A stretch of DNA of 64,000 nucleotides from Calditrichales bacterium (GCA_965267575.1 OZ254086.1:1024001-1088000); one strand, 5' to 3'. Positions 52,283-62,256 are shown, numbered from the stretch's first letter. Translations and numbers: made by a program. Notes: a model not told the origin generated them from the letters alone.

Positions 52283-53927
52283 AACTCTTCTCCTCCACCC
52301 GTTTAACCACGCTCATGTACCAGCGGCGGGGATCAACCTCGGGCATGCTTTCCGTCTTAAAAAAGATCGCTTCTTTGCCAAGCTGATATCTTTTTGTGAT
52401 CCCGCTTGCTTCAATTTCATAGGGCAGCTCAAAATCGAGATTGGTCAGACGAACCGTGTAGCCATCCTGAACTTTCTTTACTTCGATGACCGGCACATCC
52501 GTTGAATAGACATAGAGGTCAAACAGGTTGCTTAAATCCATGCCCGATGCGGCGTTGATCAGCCTTAGAAAATCTTGCGTGTTCACAGTGTTGGGGTAGC
52601 TGTAGTCCGGGTCCGTTGCAAAAGTGTAGAGCGCGTCAAAAAAGGCGCTGTCTCCGGTTACAAAACGCAGCACGTGTAAAACGGCCGAGCCCTTATAATA
52701 GATATCGCTGTTGTAGGCTTGCTCCGTGGTCATATTTTCGCCCGGCACAAGCGCGTTCCTGTGACGGATCATGCGTTTTTGCTGGCTCAGCCTGGCGTGA
52801 TACGCTTCCTCCCCGCCAATGTCGCGCAGGTAGAGTGCCTCCGCGTAACTGGCAAATCCCTCGTGCAGCCAGAAATCTGCCCAGTCGCCCACGGTGACTT
52901 TATTGCCCCACCACTCATGGGCTAACTCGTGCAGCAGCAGATCATCGTATACGATTCCGGCGGTGGTTTTTTGCTGGTATTCATTACCGTATGCAATCAA
53001 CGTTTGATGCTCCATGCCCAGGAAAGGCGTGTACAACAACCCCGATTTTTCCTTTGCCCAGGGATACGGTCCAAAATAGCGGGAAAGAGATCGCAGTATT
53101 TCTGCCGCTTCATCCAGCAAAGCAGGGGCGCCGGGCATACCTTCGGGCAAAACGTAAAAAACGATCGGGTAATCCGGGCCTTCTTCGGATACGAATTCCC
53201 GTTCAAGTTTTTTGTACATGCCCATGGACCAGTTGATGTTATAATTATTTACGGAATAGCGGGTTTTCCAACGGTAGGTGAGTTTTGAGCTGCTGCTGTC
53301 CACGCCCTGCAACAGACCGGTGGCCGCCACAAAATACGGTTCCGGGACAGTAATATTGAGAGCCACGCTGTCCGGTTCATCAGACGGGTGGTCTTTGCAG
53401 GGAAACCAGATTTTGGCACCTTCACCCTGGCAGCTTATGGCCACCCAATGACTGCCACTGCTGTCTTTTTCCCAGGAAAAGCCGCCTTGCCACGGCGGAA
53501 AACGGGCCTCCGGGGGCTCGCCGCTGTAATAAACCGTCACATCAAACATTTTGCCGCCATCCAGCTCCTCATCCGGCTCAACGGAAAGCACCATATCGCC
53601 ATGGGCAAAAGCAGCCGCGCTGCCGTTCACTTCCACACGCTCAACTTTCAGCTCATCCACAAGGTTCAGGCGGATTGTTTCCAAGTCACTCAACGCTTTG
53701 GCCCGCATGCGGCTGTTACCGGCGATTGTTTTATTTTCGGCTTCAACGTCTAGGGTAATATCATAATAGCTTACATCGTAAACAGCCTGCAATGGATGAA
53801 GCTCCCCGCCGGAGGGAAAGCGTTCGCCAAAACCAAAAAAATACCAATAAGCGCCAAAGGCAGCGACAACAATCAAACCAAAGAGAGCGGCCAGTGCGAT
53901 CAGCGTGCGTTTAATCCATGTTTTCAT
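52281..53927 (-). CDS. M1-family metallo-aminopeptidase, N-terminally anchored
   Basis: WFPCKDHP, GMEHQT, HELAHEWWGN...WLHEGFASY, YYKGS. Confidence 0.92.
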   Translation of the reverse strand: MKTWIKRTLIALAALFGLIVVAAFGAYWYFFGFGERFPSGGELHPLQAVYDVSYYDITLDVEAENKTIAGNSRMRAKALSDLETIRLNLVDELKVERVEVNGSAAAFAHGDMVLSVEPDEELDGGKMFDVTVYYSGEPPEARFPPWQGGFSWEKDSSGSHWVAISCQGEGAKIWFPCKDHPSDEPDSVALNITVPEPYFVAATGLLQGVDSSSSKLTYRWKTRYSVNNYNINWSMGMYKKLEREFVSEEGPDYPIVFYVLPEGMPGAPALLDEAAEILRSLSRYFGPYPWAKEKSGLLYTPFLGMEHQTLIAYGNEYQQKTTAGIVYDDLLLHELAHEWWGNKVTVGDWADFWLHEGFASYAEALYLRDIGGEEAYHARLSQQKRMIRHRNALVPGENMTTEQAYNSDIYYKGSAVLHVLRFVTGDSAFFDALYTFATDPDYSYPNTVNTQDFLRLINAASGMDLSNLFDLYVYSTDVPVIEVKKVQDGYTVRLTNLDFELPYEIEASGITKRYQLGKEAIFFKTESMPEVDPRRWYMSVVKRVEEKS

Positions 53928-53975
53928 AAAAGCTCCGCTATGTTGAGCTGCAAAACGAAAAAGGGCGGAAAAAGT

Positions 53976-54365
53976 TTAGGCGGCAGGGCTGGTCGGTGTA
54001 ATTACGCGCATCAGGTCTTCTTTTTTTATCGGCTTGGTCAGGTAGTCCCGCACGCCCATATGCACAACGCGCTGCTTTAGCTCTTCCTCATCGTAGGCGC
54101 TCATCACCACCACGTAAGGTTTCTGGCGGTGGGCAACGATGGTTTCCAGATCGTCAAGATTGCAGCGTTTGGGATTAGAGAGATTAAAAAATACAATGCC
54201 AAACAGCAATGTATCGAGGTAGGTAAAAGCCGACTCGCAGGAATCGGCGGCAAAGACCTGGTAACCCTGGCGTGACAATAGCCGTGTCAGCGAAATGCTG
54301 AATTCGAGGTCCCGTTCAATGATGAGCACGCGGCGGCTGGAGCGTGCCTTACCTTTTTGGCGCAT
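53976..54365 (-). CDS. Stand-alone receiver-like protein lacking the phosphoacceptor Asp
   Basis: REC pattern RVLIIERD...IVFFNLSNP...VVVMSAY...DYLTKPI. Confidence 0.75.
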   Translation of the reverse strand: MRQKGKARSSRRVLIIERDLEFSISLTRLLSRQGYQVFAADSCESAFTYLDTLLFGIVFFNLSNPKRCNLDDLETIVAHRQKPYVVVMSAYDEEELKQRVVHMGVRDYLTKPIKKEDLMRVITPTSPAA

Positions 54366-54399
54366 AATTATCCGTATAAATGTTCAGCAACCGCGCTTA

Positions 54400-54727
54400 T
54401 TCAATTTTAATGCCACATGGATAAAAAGTAGCCTTTTGCGCCTGTTTTAGCCTGTTTATTGTCCGGAGAGCACAATTTTTTCTAAAAATCAAGAAAATAC
54501 ACCAAAACTATTCCCATATATGAGAAACGCAGAGAATCAAAATTCTCTAAAGTCATATTTTACAATTACTTAGATTTTATTTCTCTTCCAGGATCACGGT
54601 CCTGTCAACACAACGCCTTTCTCAATTTTGGGAATAGCGTCTGTTAAGGGCAACCCGGGGCTTTGACATAAACTCAAAATTAACAGTTACTTACAGCAGT
54701 ATACGTATTCTTGGCACGCTTTTGGTA
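54400..54727. promoter_or_regulatory. Divergent putative sigma54 promoters with shared palindromic activator sites
   Basis: Minus strand TGGCATTAAAATTGAA (54400-54415); plus strand TGGCACGCTTTTGGTA (54712-54727); TTC-N10-GAA sites at 54480, 54511 and 54619. Confidence 0.55.
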
Positions 54728-54762
54728 ATTAACGACGGCGGATTCAAAAACAAGTTGGAAAA

Positions 54763-57180
54763 ATGTTCGAAGCTGCCGTTGAACAAAAACAACTCTGCTA
54801 CCATTGCGGGGAACTCTGCCGGGATGAATGCATCGAGGCCGGGGGCAAACACTTCTGCTGCCCCGGGTGCAAGATGGTTTATGAGATCCTGGAAGAAAAC
54901 AATCTCTGCACTTACTACGACCTGGAACAGACACCGGGCAAAACCGCCACTCCTTTGGCGCGTGATAAATTTGCCTGGCTGGATGATCCCGGCACTGTCG
55001 ACCGCCTGCTGGATTTTCGTGAAGGCAGCATTTGCAAGGTCACTTTTTTCATTCCATCCATACATTGCAGTTCCTGTATCTGGCTGCTGGAGAAGCTGTA
55101 CAAGCTCAATCCCGGCGTTCAGCAATCGCAGGTAAATTTTCTGAAAAAGCAGGTCAGCATCACCTATGACAGTGCGCAGGTTTCGCTGCGCCGGATTGTG
55201 GAGCTGCTGGCGTCGATCGCTTATGAGCCACAGATCAATCTGGGCGATCTCGAAAAAAACATTCAAAAAGACCGCCGCCGTATTTTATGGTTTAAGATCG
55301 GCCTGGCGGGATTCGCTTTCGGCAATTCGATGTTGCTGAGCTTTCCGGAGTACCTGGACGGTGCCGGAGCACTGACGCCGACGATGCGTGTGTGGTTTGG
55401 TTACCTGAACATCGCTTTAAGCATTCCGGTTCTTTTCTTCAGCGCCGCGGAATTTTACCAATCGGCCTGGGGCGGACTAAAAAAACGCATGCTGAACATT
55501 GATGTACCCATAGCGCTTGGTATTTCGGTTCTGCTGGTGCGTAGCATTTTCGACATCGTTACAGGTATGGGCGCCGGTTACCTGGACAGTTTTAACGGCC
55601 TGGTGTTCTTTTTGCTGATTGGCCGCCTGTTCCAGGAAAAGACCTATGCCACGCTCTCCTTCGAGCGCAATTACAAATCTTATTTCCCGGTATCGGTCAG
55701 CGTGGAGCGAGAAAGCAAAACGGAAGTGATTCCGCTCTCCAAGCTTCAGATAGGGGACGTGCTTGTGCTGCGCAACCAGGAGTTGATCCCGGCGGACAGC
55801 ATCCTGCTTTCCGATAACAGCGCCATTGATTACAGCTTTGTGACCGGCGAAAGTGATCCGGTAAGCAAGACACAAAATGAACTGCTCTATGCCGGGGGAC
55901 GGGTAACCGGGTCCAGCATTCGCGTGCGTACGGTAAAGAAGGTATCGCAAAGCTATTTAACACAACTGTGGAACAGCGACGCCTCCGGTGAAGATGAGGC
56001 CGGCCGCCTGGGTCGCCTTTCCGATGCGGTTGGCCGCTGGTTTACCTGGGCCATTCTGAGCATTGCCGCTGTTGCCGCCATGTACTGGCTGCCACAGGAT
56101 TGGCACATGGCTATCGATGTGGTATCGGCCATCCTGATCGTGGCCTGCCCCTGTGCGCTGGCCCTGGCCATACCATTCACGTTCGGCAACGCCATGCGGG
56201 TGCTGGGCCGCAATGATTTTTACCTAAAAAATATAACTGTTATTGAAAAACTGCATTCCATCACGCACATCGTGTTCGATAAAACCGGCACGCTTACCTG
56301 GCAAAAGGAACCGGAAATTCGTTTTACAGGGACGTTAAGCAGGGAAGAAGAAAGCCTGGTACGCAGCTTGGTTTATCATTCTATTCATCCGCTAAGCCGT
56401 ATGCTTGCGGCACATCTGGAACAAGCAGCTTTGCATGATGTGCGTGATTTTTCTGAAATCCCGGGGCTGGGCCTGGAGGGCACGGTCCGCGGTACACGCG
56501 TGCGGGTGGGCAGCGCCGTCTGGTGCAGCGCCTCCCACAGGGATGAACAGGAAGACAGCGGAAGTCATATTCAGATTAACGGTCAATACAAAGGATGTTT
56601 TGTCATCCGTAACCGTTACCGTGAGGGATTAAATGAAGTTCTGCGTCAGCTGGCCCGGCGATTTACCCTGGCTCTGCTTTCGGGAGATACGGATCGCGAG
56701 AAAGGGTATTTACGGCAGCTCTTTCGTCGGGCCGGCAGCGACGCAGAAATATTGTTCAACCAAAGTCCACACAACAAACAAGATTTTATATTGCGTCATC
56801 AGCAGGCTGGTGCCAGAACGCTAATGATTGGGGATGGCCTGAATGATGCGGGCGCTCTGAAAAAGAGCAATTTAGGCATCTCCATTGCGGAGGACGTCAA
56901 CGCGTTTTCACCGGCCTGTGACGCAATATTAAAAGCTAAAAGTTTTCGATTTCTCCCCCGCTTTATCCGTTACGCGGATTACAGCTATATCATCGTTTGG
57001 GCCGCTTTTGTGCTCTCGTTTCTTTACAACATCGTCGGCCTCAGTTTTGCCGTGCGCGGTGATCTTTCGCCGATCATTGCGGCGATTCTGATGCCGCTGA
57101 GCAGTATTTCCGTTGTGCTTTTCGCCACGCTGGGCACGCGTGCCGTCGCCTGGAAAATGGGGCTGCATTCGTGGAAGTAA
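54763..57180 (+). CDS. ccoI: CcoI/FixI-type P1B copper ATPase
   Basis: CYHCG..FCCPGC, HCSSC, TGES, CPC, DKTGT, HP, GDGLND; heads the cbb3 cluster. Confidence 0.92.
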   Translation: MFEAAVEQKQLCYHCGELCRDECIEAGGKHFCCPGCKMVYEILEENNLCTYYDLEQTPGKTATPLARDKFAWLDDPGTVDRLLDFREGSICKVTFFIPSIHCSSCIWLLEKLYKLNPGVQQSQVNFLKKQVSITYDSAQVSLRRIVELLASIAYEPQINLGDLEKNIQKDRRRILWFKIGLAGFAFGNSMLLSFPEYLDGAGALTPTMRVWFGYLNIALSIPVLFFSAAEFYQSAWGGLKKRMLNIDVPIALGISVLLVRSIFDIVTGMGAGYLDSFNGLVFFLLIGRLFQEKTYATLSFERNYKSYFPVSVSVERESKTEVIPLSKLQIGDVLVLRNQELIPADSILLSDNSAIDYSFVTGESDPVSKTQNELLYAGGRVTGSSIRVRTVKKVSQSYLTQLWNSDASGEDEAGRLGRLSDAVGRWFTWAILSIAAVAAMYWLPQDWHMAIDVVSAILIVACPCALALAIPFTFGNAMRVLGRNDFYLKNITVIEKLHSITHIVFDKTGTLTWQKEPEIRFTGTLSREEESLVRSLVYHSIHPLSRMLAAHLEQAALHDVRDFSEIPGLGLEGTVRGTRVRVGSAVWCSASHRDEQEDSGSHIQINGQYKGCFVIRNRYREGLNEVLRQLARRFTLALLSGDTDREKGYLRQLFRRAGSDAEILFNQSPHNKQDFILRHQQAGARTLMIGDGLNDAGALKKSNLGISIAEDVNAFSPACDAILKAKSFRFLPRFIRYADYSYIIVWAAFVLSFLYNIVGLSFAVRGDLSPIIAAILMPLSSISVVLFATLGTRAVAWKMGLHSWK

Positions 57181-57335
57181 TCATCGTTTTAATTATTGCC
57201 AGTCTGCTGGTTGCCGGGGGCTTCCTGATAGCCTTTTTCCTGTCCGTGAAGAACGGGCAATATGACGATACCGTCACGCCATCGATGCGTGTTCTTTTTG
57301 ATGACAACATTAACAATGACAAAAACAAGGAGTAA
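57171..57335 (+). CDS. ccoS: cbb3 oxidase assembly protein CcoS (54 aa)
   Basis: Not in the ORF track. GTG start, MEVIIVLIIASLLVAGGFLIAFFLSVKNGQYDDTVTPSMRVLFDD...*. Confidence 0.9.
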   Translation: MEVIIVLIIASLLVAGGFLIAFFLSVKNGQYDDTVTPSMRVLFDDNINNDKNKE

Positions 57336-57341
57336 GTGAGT

Positions 57342-59471
57342 ATGGCGGTAGAGACCTTCTACTACGATAACCGCATCGTCCGCAACTTCTCGCTGGCCAC
57401 CCTGGTTTGGGGTGTCGTCGGCATGCTTGTCGGACTGATCGCGGCCATTCAGCTATACCTGCCGGATCTGAACCTGGGACTGCCTTATACCACGTTCGGC
57501 CGGCTGCGTCCGTTGCACACAAACGCCGTTATCTTCGCGTTTGCGGGTAACGCCATTTTTACAGGGATTTACTATTCACTGCAGCGCCTGTGCCGCGCGC
57601 GCATGTACAGCGATTTGCTCAGCAAGATCCATTTCTGGGGCTGGCAGTTTATCATCGTGCTGGCGGCGGTAACGCTGGTACTTGGCTTTACCACAAGCAA
57701 GGAATACGCCGAGCTGGAATGGCCGATCGACATCCTGATCACGCTGGTCTGGGTTGTTTTCGCCATCAATATGTTTGGTACGATCGTTAAACGCCGCGAG
57801 CGCCATATGTACGTTGCCATCTGGTTTTATATCGCCACGGTAGTTACGGTGGCCGTGCTGCACATCGTTAACTCCTTTGAAATTCCCGTCTCTTTCTGGA
57901 AGAGCTACCCGATTTACGCCGGTGTACAGGACGCGCTGGTGCAGTGGTGGTACGGTCACAATGCCGTGGCTTTCTTTCTGACCACGCCGTTCCTGGGCAT
58001 GATGTATTACTTCCTGCCCAAGGCTGCCAATCGTCCGGTGTTTTCCTACCGTCTCTCCATCGTACACTTCTGGTCGCTCATTTTCATTTATATCTGGGCC
58101 GGTCCGCACCATCTTATCTACACCGCTTTGCCGGATTGGGCGCAGACGCTGGGAACGGTCTTTTCCATTATGCTGATTGCGCCATCCTGGGGTGGCATGC
58201 TTAACGGGCTGCTCACCCTGCGCGGCGCCTGGGACAAGGTGCGCGAAGAGCCGATGCTTAAATTTATGGTGGTGGCGGTTACCGCTTACGGTATGGCCAC
58301 CTTCGAAGGACCGATGCTTTCCATCAAAAGCATCAACGCGCTTACACACTACACGGACTGGACCATTGCCCACGTTCATATCGGCGCTTTGGGCTGGAAC
58401 GGTTTTCTGACCTTTGGTATGCTTTACTGGCTGGTCCCCAAAATTTTCCAAACAAACCTTTATTCCAAAAAGCTGGCCAACGTCCATTTCTGGATGGGCA
58501 CGCTGGGTATCGTTTTTTACGCCCTGCCGATGTACTGGGCCGGTTTAACCGAAGGCCTGATGTGGAAGCAGTTTACTTCCGAAGGCATTCTACAGTACCC
58601 CAACTTCCTGGAAACGGTTCTGCAGGTGGTACCGATGTACATTGTGCGCTCCATCGGCGGTTTACTCTATCTCAGCAGTGTGATCCTTGGCGGCTATGTG
58701 CTGCTTAAGACGGCCAAAACCGGCAGCCTGCTGGCCCAGGAAAAAGCCGAAGCGCCGGCGCTGGAACGCGAACACGATCCCAAAGCGGAACGCGCCTACT
58801 GGCACCGCTGGATTGAAAGCCGCCCCACACAATTCGTCGCTGCAACAACGGTTCTCATCCTGATTGGCGGCGTTGTTGAAATGGTGCCCACTTACCTGGT
58901 GAAATCCAATGTGCCGACTATTGCCAGTGTTAAGCCCTACACACCTCTGGAACTGGAAGGCCGCGATATTTACATCCGTGAAGGCTGCAACAACTGCCAC
59001 TCACAGATGGTGCGTCCTTTCCGCTCGGAGACGGAGCGCTACGGCGAATACTCCAAGGCCGGTGAATTTGTATATGACCATCCCTTCCTGTGGGGCTCCA
59101 AACGTACCGGGCCGGATCTGCATCGCGTAGGCGGCAAATACCCCGACGCCTGGCATTACAACCACATGCTCGATCCGACATCCATGTCGCCGGGCTCGCT
59201 GATGCCGCCCTATCCATGGTTGATCGAAGACGAACTGGATACATCGGACCTGCTGGCGAAGATCGACGCCATGCGCAGCCTGGGTGTGCCCTACTCCGAT
59301 AATTTCAATGCCATTGCCATGGCCGACCTGCAAAACCAGGCACAGCAAATTGCCAATGGCCTTAAAGATGCCGGCATCAACAGCGCCCCGGACAAAGAGA
59401 TAATCGCTTTGATTGCCTACCTGCAGAGACTGGGCACGGACATCAAGGCCGGTAAAATGGCGGGACAATAG
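57342..59471 (+). CDS. ccoNO: Fused cbb3-type cytochrome c oxidase subunits I and II
   Basis: RLRPLHTN, QWWYGHNAV, WAGPHH, HVH; then EGCNNCHSQM, WGSKRTGPDL. Confidence 0.96.
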   Translation: MAVETFYYDNRIVRNFSLATLVWGVVGMLVGLIAAIQLYLPDLNLGLPYTTFGRLRPLHTNAVIFAFAGNAIFTGIYYSLQRLCRARMYSDLLSKIHFWGWQFIIVLAAVTLVLGFTTSKEYAELEWPIDILITLVWVVFAINMFGTIVKRRERHMYVAIWFYIATVVTVAVLHIVNSFEIPVSFWKSYPIYAGVQDALVQWWYGHNAVAFFLTTPFLGMMYYFLPKAANRPVFSYRLSIVHFWSLIFIYIWAGPHHLIYTALPDWAQTLGTVFSIMLIAPSWGGMLNGLLTLRGAWDKVREEPMLKFMVVAVTAYGMATFEGPMLSIKSINALTHYTDWTIAHVHIGALGWNGFLTFGMLYWLVPKIFQTNLYSKKLANVHFWMGTLGIVFYALPMYWAGLTEGLMWKQFTSEGILQYPNFLETVLQVVPMYIVRSIGGLLYLSSVILGGYVLLKTAKTGSLLAQEKAEAPALEREHDPKAERAYWHRWIESRPTQFVAATTVLILIGGVVEMVPTYLVKSNVPTIASVKPYTPLELEGRDIYIREGCNNCHSQMVRPFRSETERYGEYSKAGEFVYDHPFLWGSKRTGPDLHRVGGKYPDAWHYNHMLDPTSMSPGSLMPPYPWLIEDELDTSDLLAKIDAMRSLGVPYSDNFNAIAMADLQNQAQQIANGLKDAGINSAPDKEIIALIAYLQRLGTDIKAGKMAGQ

Positions 59472-59479
59472 GAGGTGCT

Positions 59480-59656
59480 ATGTTCCGAAACATTCTGGAA
59501 ACCATTCAAGGTATCGAGGTTTTTCCTATGATTTCACTTATGATTTTTACGGTCGTGTTTGGGTCGGTTCTGATCTGGATATTCAGCATGGACAAGAGCC
59601 GTCTGCAGCACATGGAAAATATGCCGCTTAATGATGACATATCCGGAGAAAATTAA
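59480..59656 (+). CDS. ccoQ: CcoQ-like small subunit (58 aa)
   Basis: Not in the ORF track. MFRNILETIQGIEVFPMISLMIFTVVFGSVLIWIFSMDK...NMPLNDD..* after GGAGG. Confidence 0.82.
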   Translation: MFRNILETIQGIEVFPMISLMIFTVVFGSVLIWIFSMDKSRLQHMENMPLNDDISGEN

Positions 59657-59658
59657 TT

Positions 59659-60354
59659 ATGGCTGATGAAAAAAAATACGAAGAAGAAGATAAGCTGCTC
59701 GATCACGAGTACGACGGCATCCGCGAGCTGGACAACAATCTGCCGCCGTGGTGGCTGAATCTGTTCTATATAACAATCGTCTGGAGCGTACTGTATGTTC
59801 TTTATTACCATGTCTTCTCCATTGGCGATCTTTCGGCCACGGAATATTTGCGTGAGATGAATCCGAACTACGTGGAACAGAAAGAAGATGTTATTTTGGA
59901 AGGCTACCGTTCGCCGTGGGTAAGCGATAAAGCGGAGATCACGCCTTACAAGCGGGCCAATGATCCGCAACTGGCAGATTTGTATGAAGCTGCCGAAACG
60001 GAGGAAGCCGCTATGGCCGAAGCGGAGGAAGATGTGACCTACGAACCGACCTCCGACGCGGCACGCCTGGCTAACGGCGCGCAGCTCTATCAGGTCAACT
60101 GCGCCAGCTGCCATGGCCAGCAGGGCGGCGGCGGCATCGGACCAAATCTTACAGATAGCTACTGGGTCAATGGCGACGGCAGCTTTACGGAAATCGTAAA
60201 AGTTGTACAAAACGGCGTACCCGTAAAGGGGATGATCGCATGGAAAGGCCTCCTGTCGCAGAAAGAGATCATCGACGTTTCGAGTCATGTGGAAACGCTG
60301 CAGGGAACCAATCCGCCCAACGCCAAAGCGCCACAGGGTACGCAATACGAGTGA
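59659..60354 (+). CDS. ccoP: cbb3 oxidase subunit III with a single haem motif
   Basis: DHEYDGIRELDNNLPPWW, CASCH, GPNLTD, GMIAW. Confidence 0.92.
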   Translation: MADEKKYEEEDKLLDHEYDGIRELDNNLPPWWLNLFYITIVWSVLYVLYYHVFSIGDLSATEYLREMNPNYVEQKEDVILEGYRSPWVSDKAEITPYKRANDPQLADLYEAAETEEAAMAEAEEDVTYEPTSDAARLANGAQLYQVNCASCHGQQGGGGIGPNLTDSYWVNGDGSFTEIVKVVQNGVPVKGMIAWKGLLSQKEIIDVSSHVETLQGTNPPNAKAPQGTQYE

Positions 60355-60365
60355 GGTGACGGATA

Positions 60366-61814
60366 ATGTCCGCTGAAACAGGAACAAAGCAGAATAAAAA
60401 CGGCAACGACCAGAGCTTTCGCGACTCCATCGCCACGGTGGATAAGGGAGGCAAGCGCGTTTGGATTTATCCCAAAAAACCAAAGGGGAGATTCTATAAT
60501 GCACGCACATGGGTCAGCCTGTTCCTGCTGGCGATCTTCTTTGCCGGACCGTTTATAGATGTGAACGGCCAGCCGCTGCTGCTGCTCAATTTCCTTGAGC
60601 GCAAGTTCATAATCTTCGGGCTGGCCTTCTGGCCGCAGGATTTTCATCTGTTTCTGCTGGCGACGATAACCTTTGTTGTATTTGTGGTATTGTTCACCGC
60701 CGTTTTCGGGCGCGTCTGGTGCGGCTGGGCCTGCCCGCAAACCGTCTTTATGGAGATGGTTTTCCGTAAAATTGAATACTGGATAGAAGGCGACGCCCGC
60801 CAGCAGCGCAAGCTGAACGCCCAACCATGGAATGCCGAAAAGGTTTTCAAAAAAAGCAGTAAGCAAATCATATTTTTTACGATTGCTTTTCTGATCGGCA
60901 ATATGTTTATGGCTTACGTGGTGGGTGATGAACGGTTGATCGAGATCATCACGGCTCCGCCAACGGAGAACCTGGCCGGCTTTATCGCCGTGATGGTGTT
61001 CAGCGGCATTTTCTACTTCATCTTTTCCTGGTTCCGTGAGCAGGCCTGCGTTATCGTTTGTCCCTATGGCCGCTTTCAATCCGTTCTTCTGGATAAAAAC
61101 AGCGTGGTTGTTTCCTACGATTTTGTTCGTGGTGAAAAGCGAGGCAAACTGAGCAAGGGGCTGCCAACCATCCCCGACCAGGGCGATTGTATTGATTGCC
61201 ACCAGTGCGTCGATGTCTGCCCCACCGGCATCGACATCCGCAATGGCACGCAGCTTGAGTGCGTTAACTGCACCGCCTGCATTGATGCCTGCGACAACAT
61301 TATGGACAAGATCAATAAGCCGCGCGGGCTGATCCGTTTCGCTTCCTACAACCAGATCACCACGGATGACAAACGCGTTTTCACGCCACGGGTGATCGCT
61401 TATTCGGTTGTTTTGGTGGCCTTGCTGGGTATTTTGACCAGCCTGCTGCTTACCCGCAGCCCCATAGAAACAACTATTCTTCGCGCGCCGGGATCGCTTT
61501 ACACAACGCTGCCCAATGGCAATCTCAGCAATCTCTATTCCGTAAAGATCGTTAACAAGACTTTTGATGAAATGCCGCTCGAGCTGCGTCTGAAAAACCG
61601 CGAGGGCAAATTAACACTGGCCGGTTCGTCGCTGGTGATCCCGCCGGATGACCTGGTGGAATCGGCGCTGATCGTAGAGCTGCAGCCGCAGGATTTGTCG
61701 GCAGGCAAAAACCCGCTGGTCATTGAAATTATGTCCGGCGGAGAAATAATAGACGAAGTAAAAACGGGCTTTCTGGCCCCGGGAGGAACCAACAATGCCA
61801 ACAGCATCCAATAA
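60366..61814 (+). CDS. ccoG: Cytochrome c oxidase accessory protein CcoG/FixG
   Basis: GRVWCGWACPQTV, CVIVCPYGRFQ, CIDCHQCVDVCPTGIDIR, ECVNCTACIDAC. Confidence 0.95.
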   Translation: MSAETGTKQNKNGNDQSFRDSIATVDKGGKRVWIYPKKPKGRFYNARTWVSLFLLAIFFAGPFIDVNGQPLLLLNFLERKFIIFGLAFWPQDFHLFLLATITFVVFVVLFTAVFGRVWCGWACPQTVFMEMVFRKIEYWIEGDARQQRKLNAQPWNAEKVFKKSSKQIIFFTIAFLIGNMFMAYVVGDERLIEIITAPPTENLAGFIAVMVFSGIFYFIFSWFREQACVIVCPYGRFQSVLLDKNSVVVSYDFVRGEKRGKLSKGLPTIPDQGDCIDCHQCVDVCPTGIDIRNGTQLECVNCTACIDACDNIMDKINKPRGLIRFASYNQITTDDKRVFTPRVIAYSVVLVALLGILTSLLLTRSPIETTILRAPGSLYTTLPNGNLSNLYSVKIVNKTFDEMPLELRLKNREGKLTLAGSSLVIPPDDLVESALIVELQPQDLSAGKNPLVIEIMSGGEIIDEVKTGFLAPGGTNNANSIQ

Positions 61815-62256
61815 AAGCGGCCGCAGATGGCCGTGGGTCATCGGCGGTATTTACGTTCTTTTTATGATTGCCATGCTGGTTGTTCTGGCCTGGTCCACCA
61901 CGCAACGCGTCGATTTGGTTACACCCGACTACTATGCCAAAACACTGACCTACGAGCAGCAGATTGAGCGCATGAACAATGCCGCCGCTCTGAGCAGCGT
62001 TCCGACAATAGAAATAAGACAATCCATGCTTACGCTGACCATGCCCGACGAGGCACGTGACGGTAAGGCAAAAGGAAACGTTACCCTGTTCCGTCCTTCC
62101 AACGCGCAAATTGATGTGACTGTGCCGCTTTCCTGTGACGCGCAGGGCCGCCAATACTTGCCCGTGGAGGGCTTGCCTCGAGGATTATGGCGCATAAAAA
62201 TAGCCTGGCAGGACGCCGAAAAAGAGTACTATTTTGAGGAGGCTGTGAATCTCTGA
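61795..62256 (+). CDS. ccoH: FixH/CcoH family protein
   Basis: N-terminal TM, LVTPDYY, LFRPS, GLWRI; position in the cluster. Confidence 0.85.
   Translation: MPTASNKSGRRWPWVIGGIYVLFMIAMLVVLAWSTTQRVDLVTPDYYAKTLTYEQQIERMNNAAALSSVPTIEIRQSMLTLTMPDEARDGKAKGNVTLFRPSNAQIDVTVPLSCDAQGRQYLPVEGLPRGLWRIKIAWQDAEKEYYFEEAVNL

Noticed and set aside
54663-54677. TTGACATAAACTCAA as an FNR box upstream of ccoI
   Set aside because: It is 15 bp rather than the 14-bp TTGAT-N4-ATCAA, and both half-sites deviate. It is not excluded as a site for another factor or as a -35 element.
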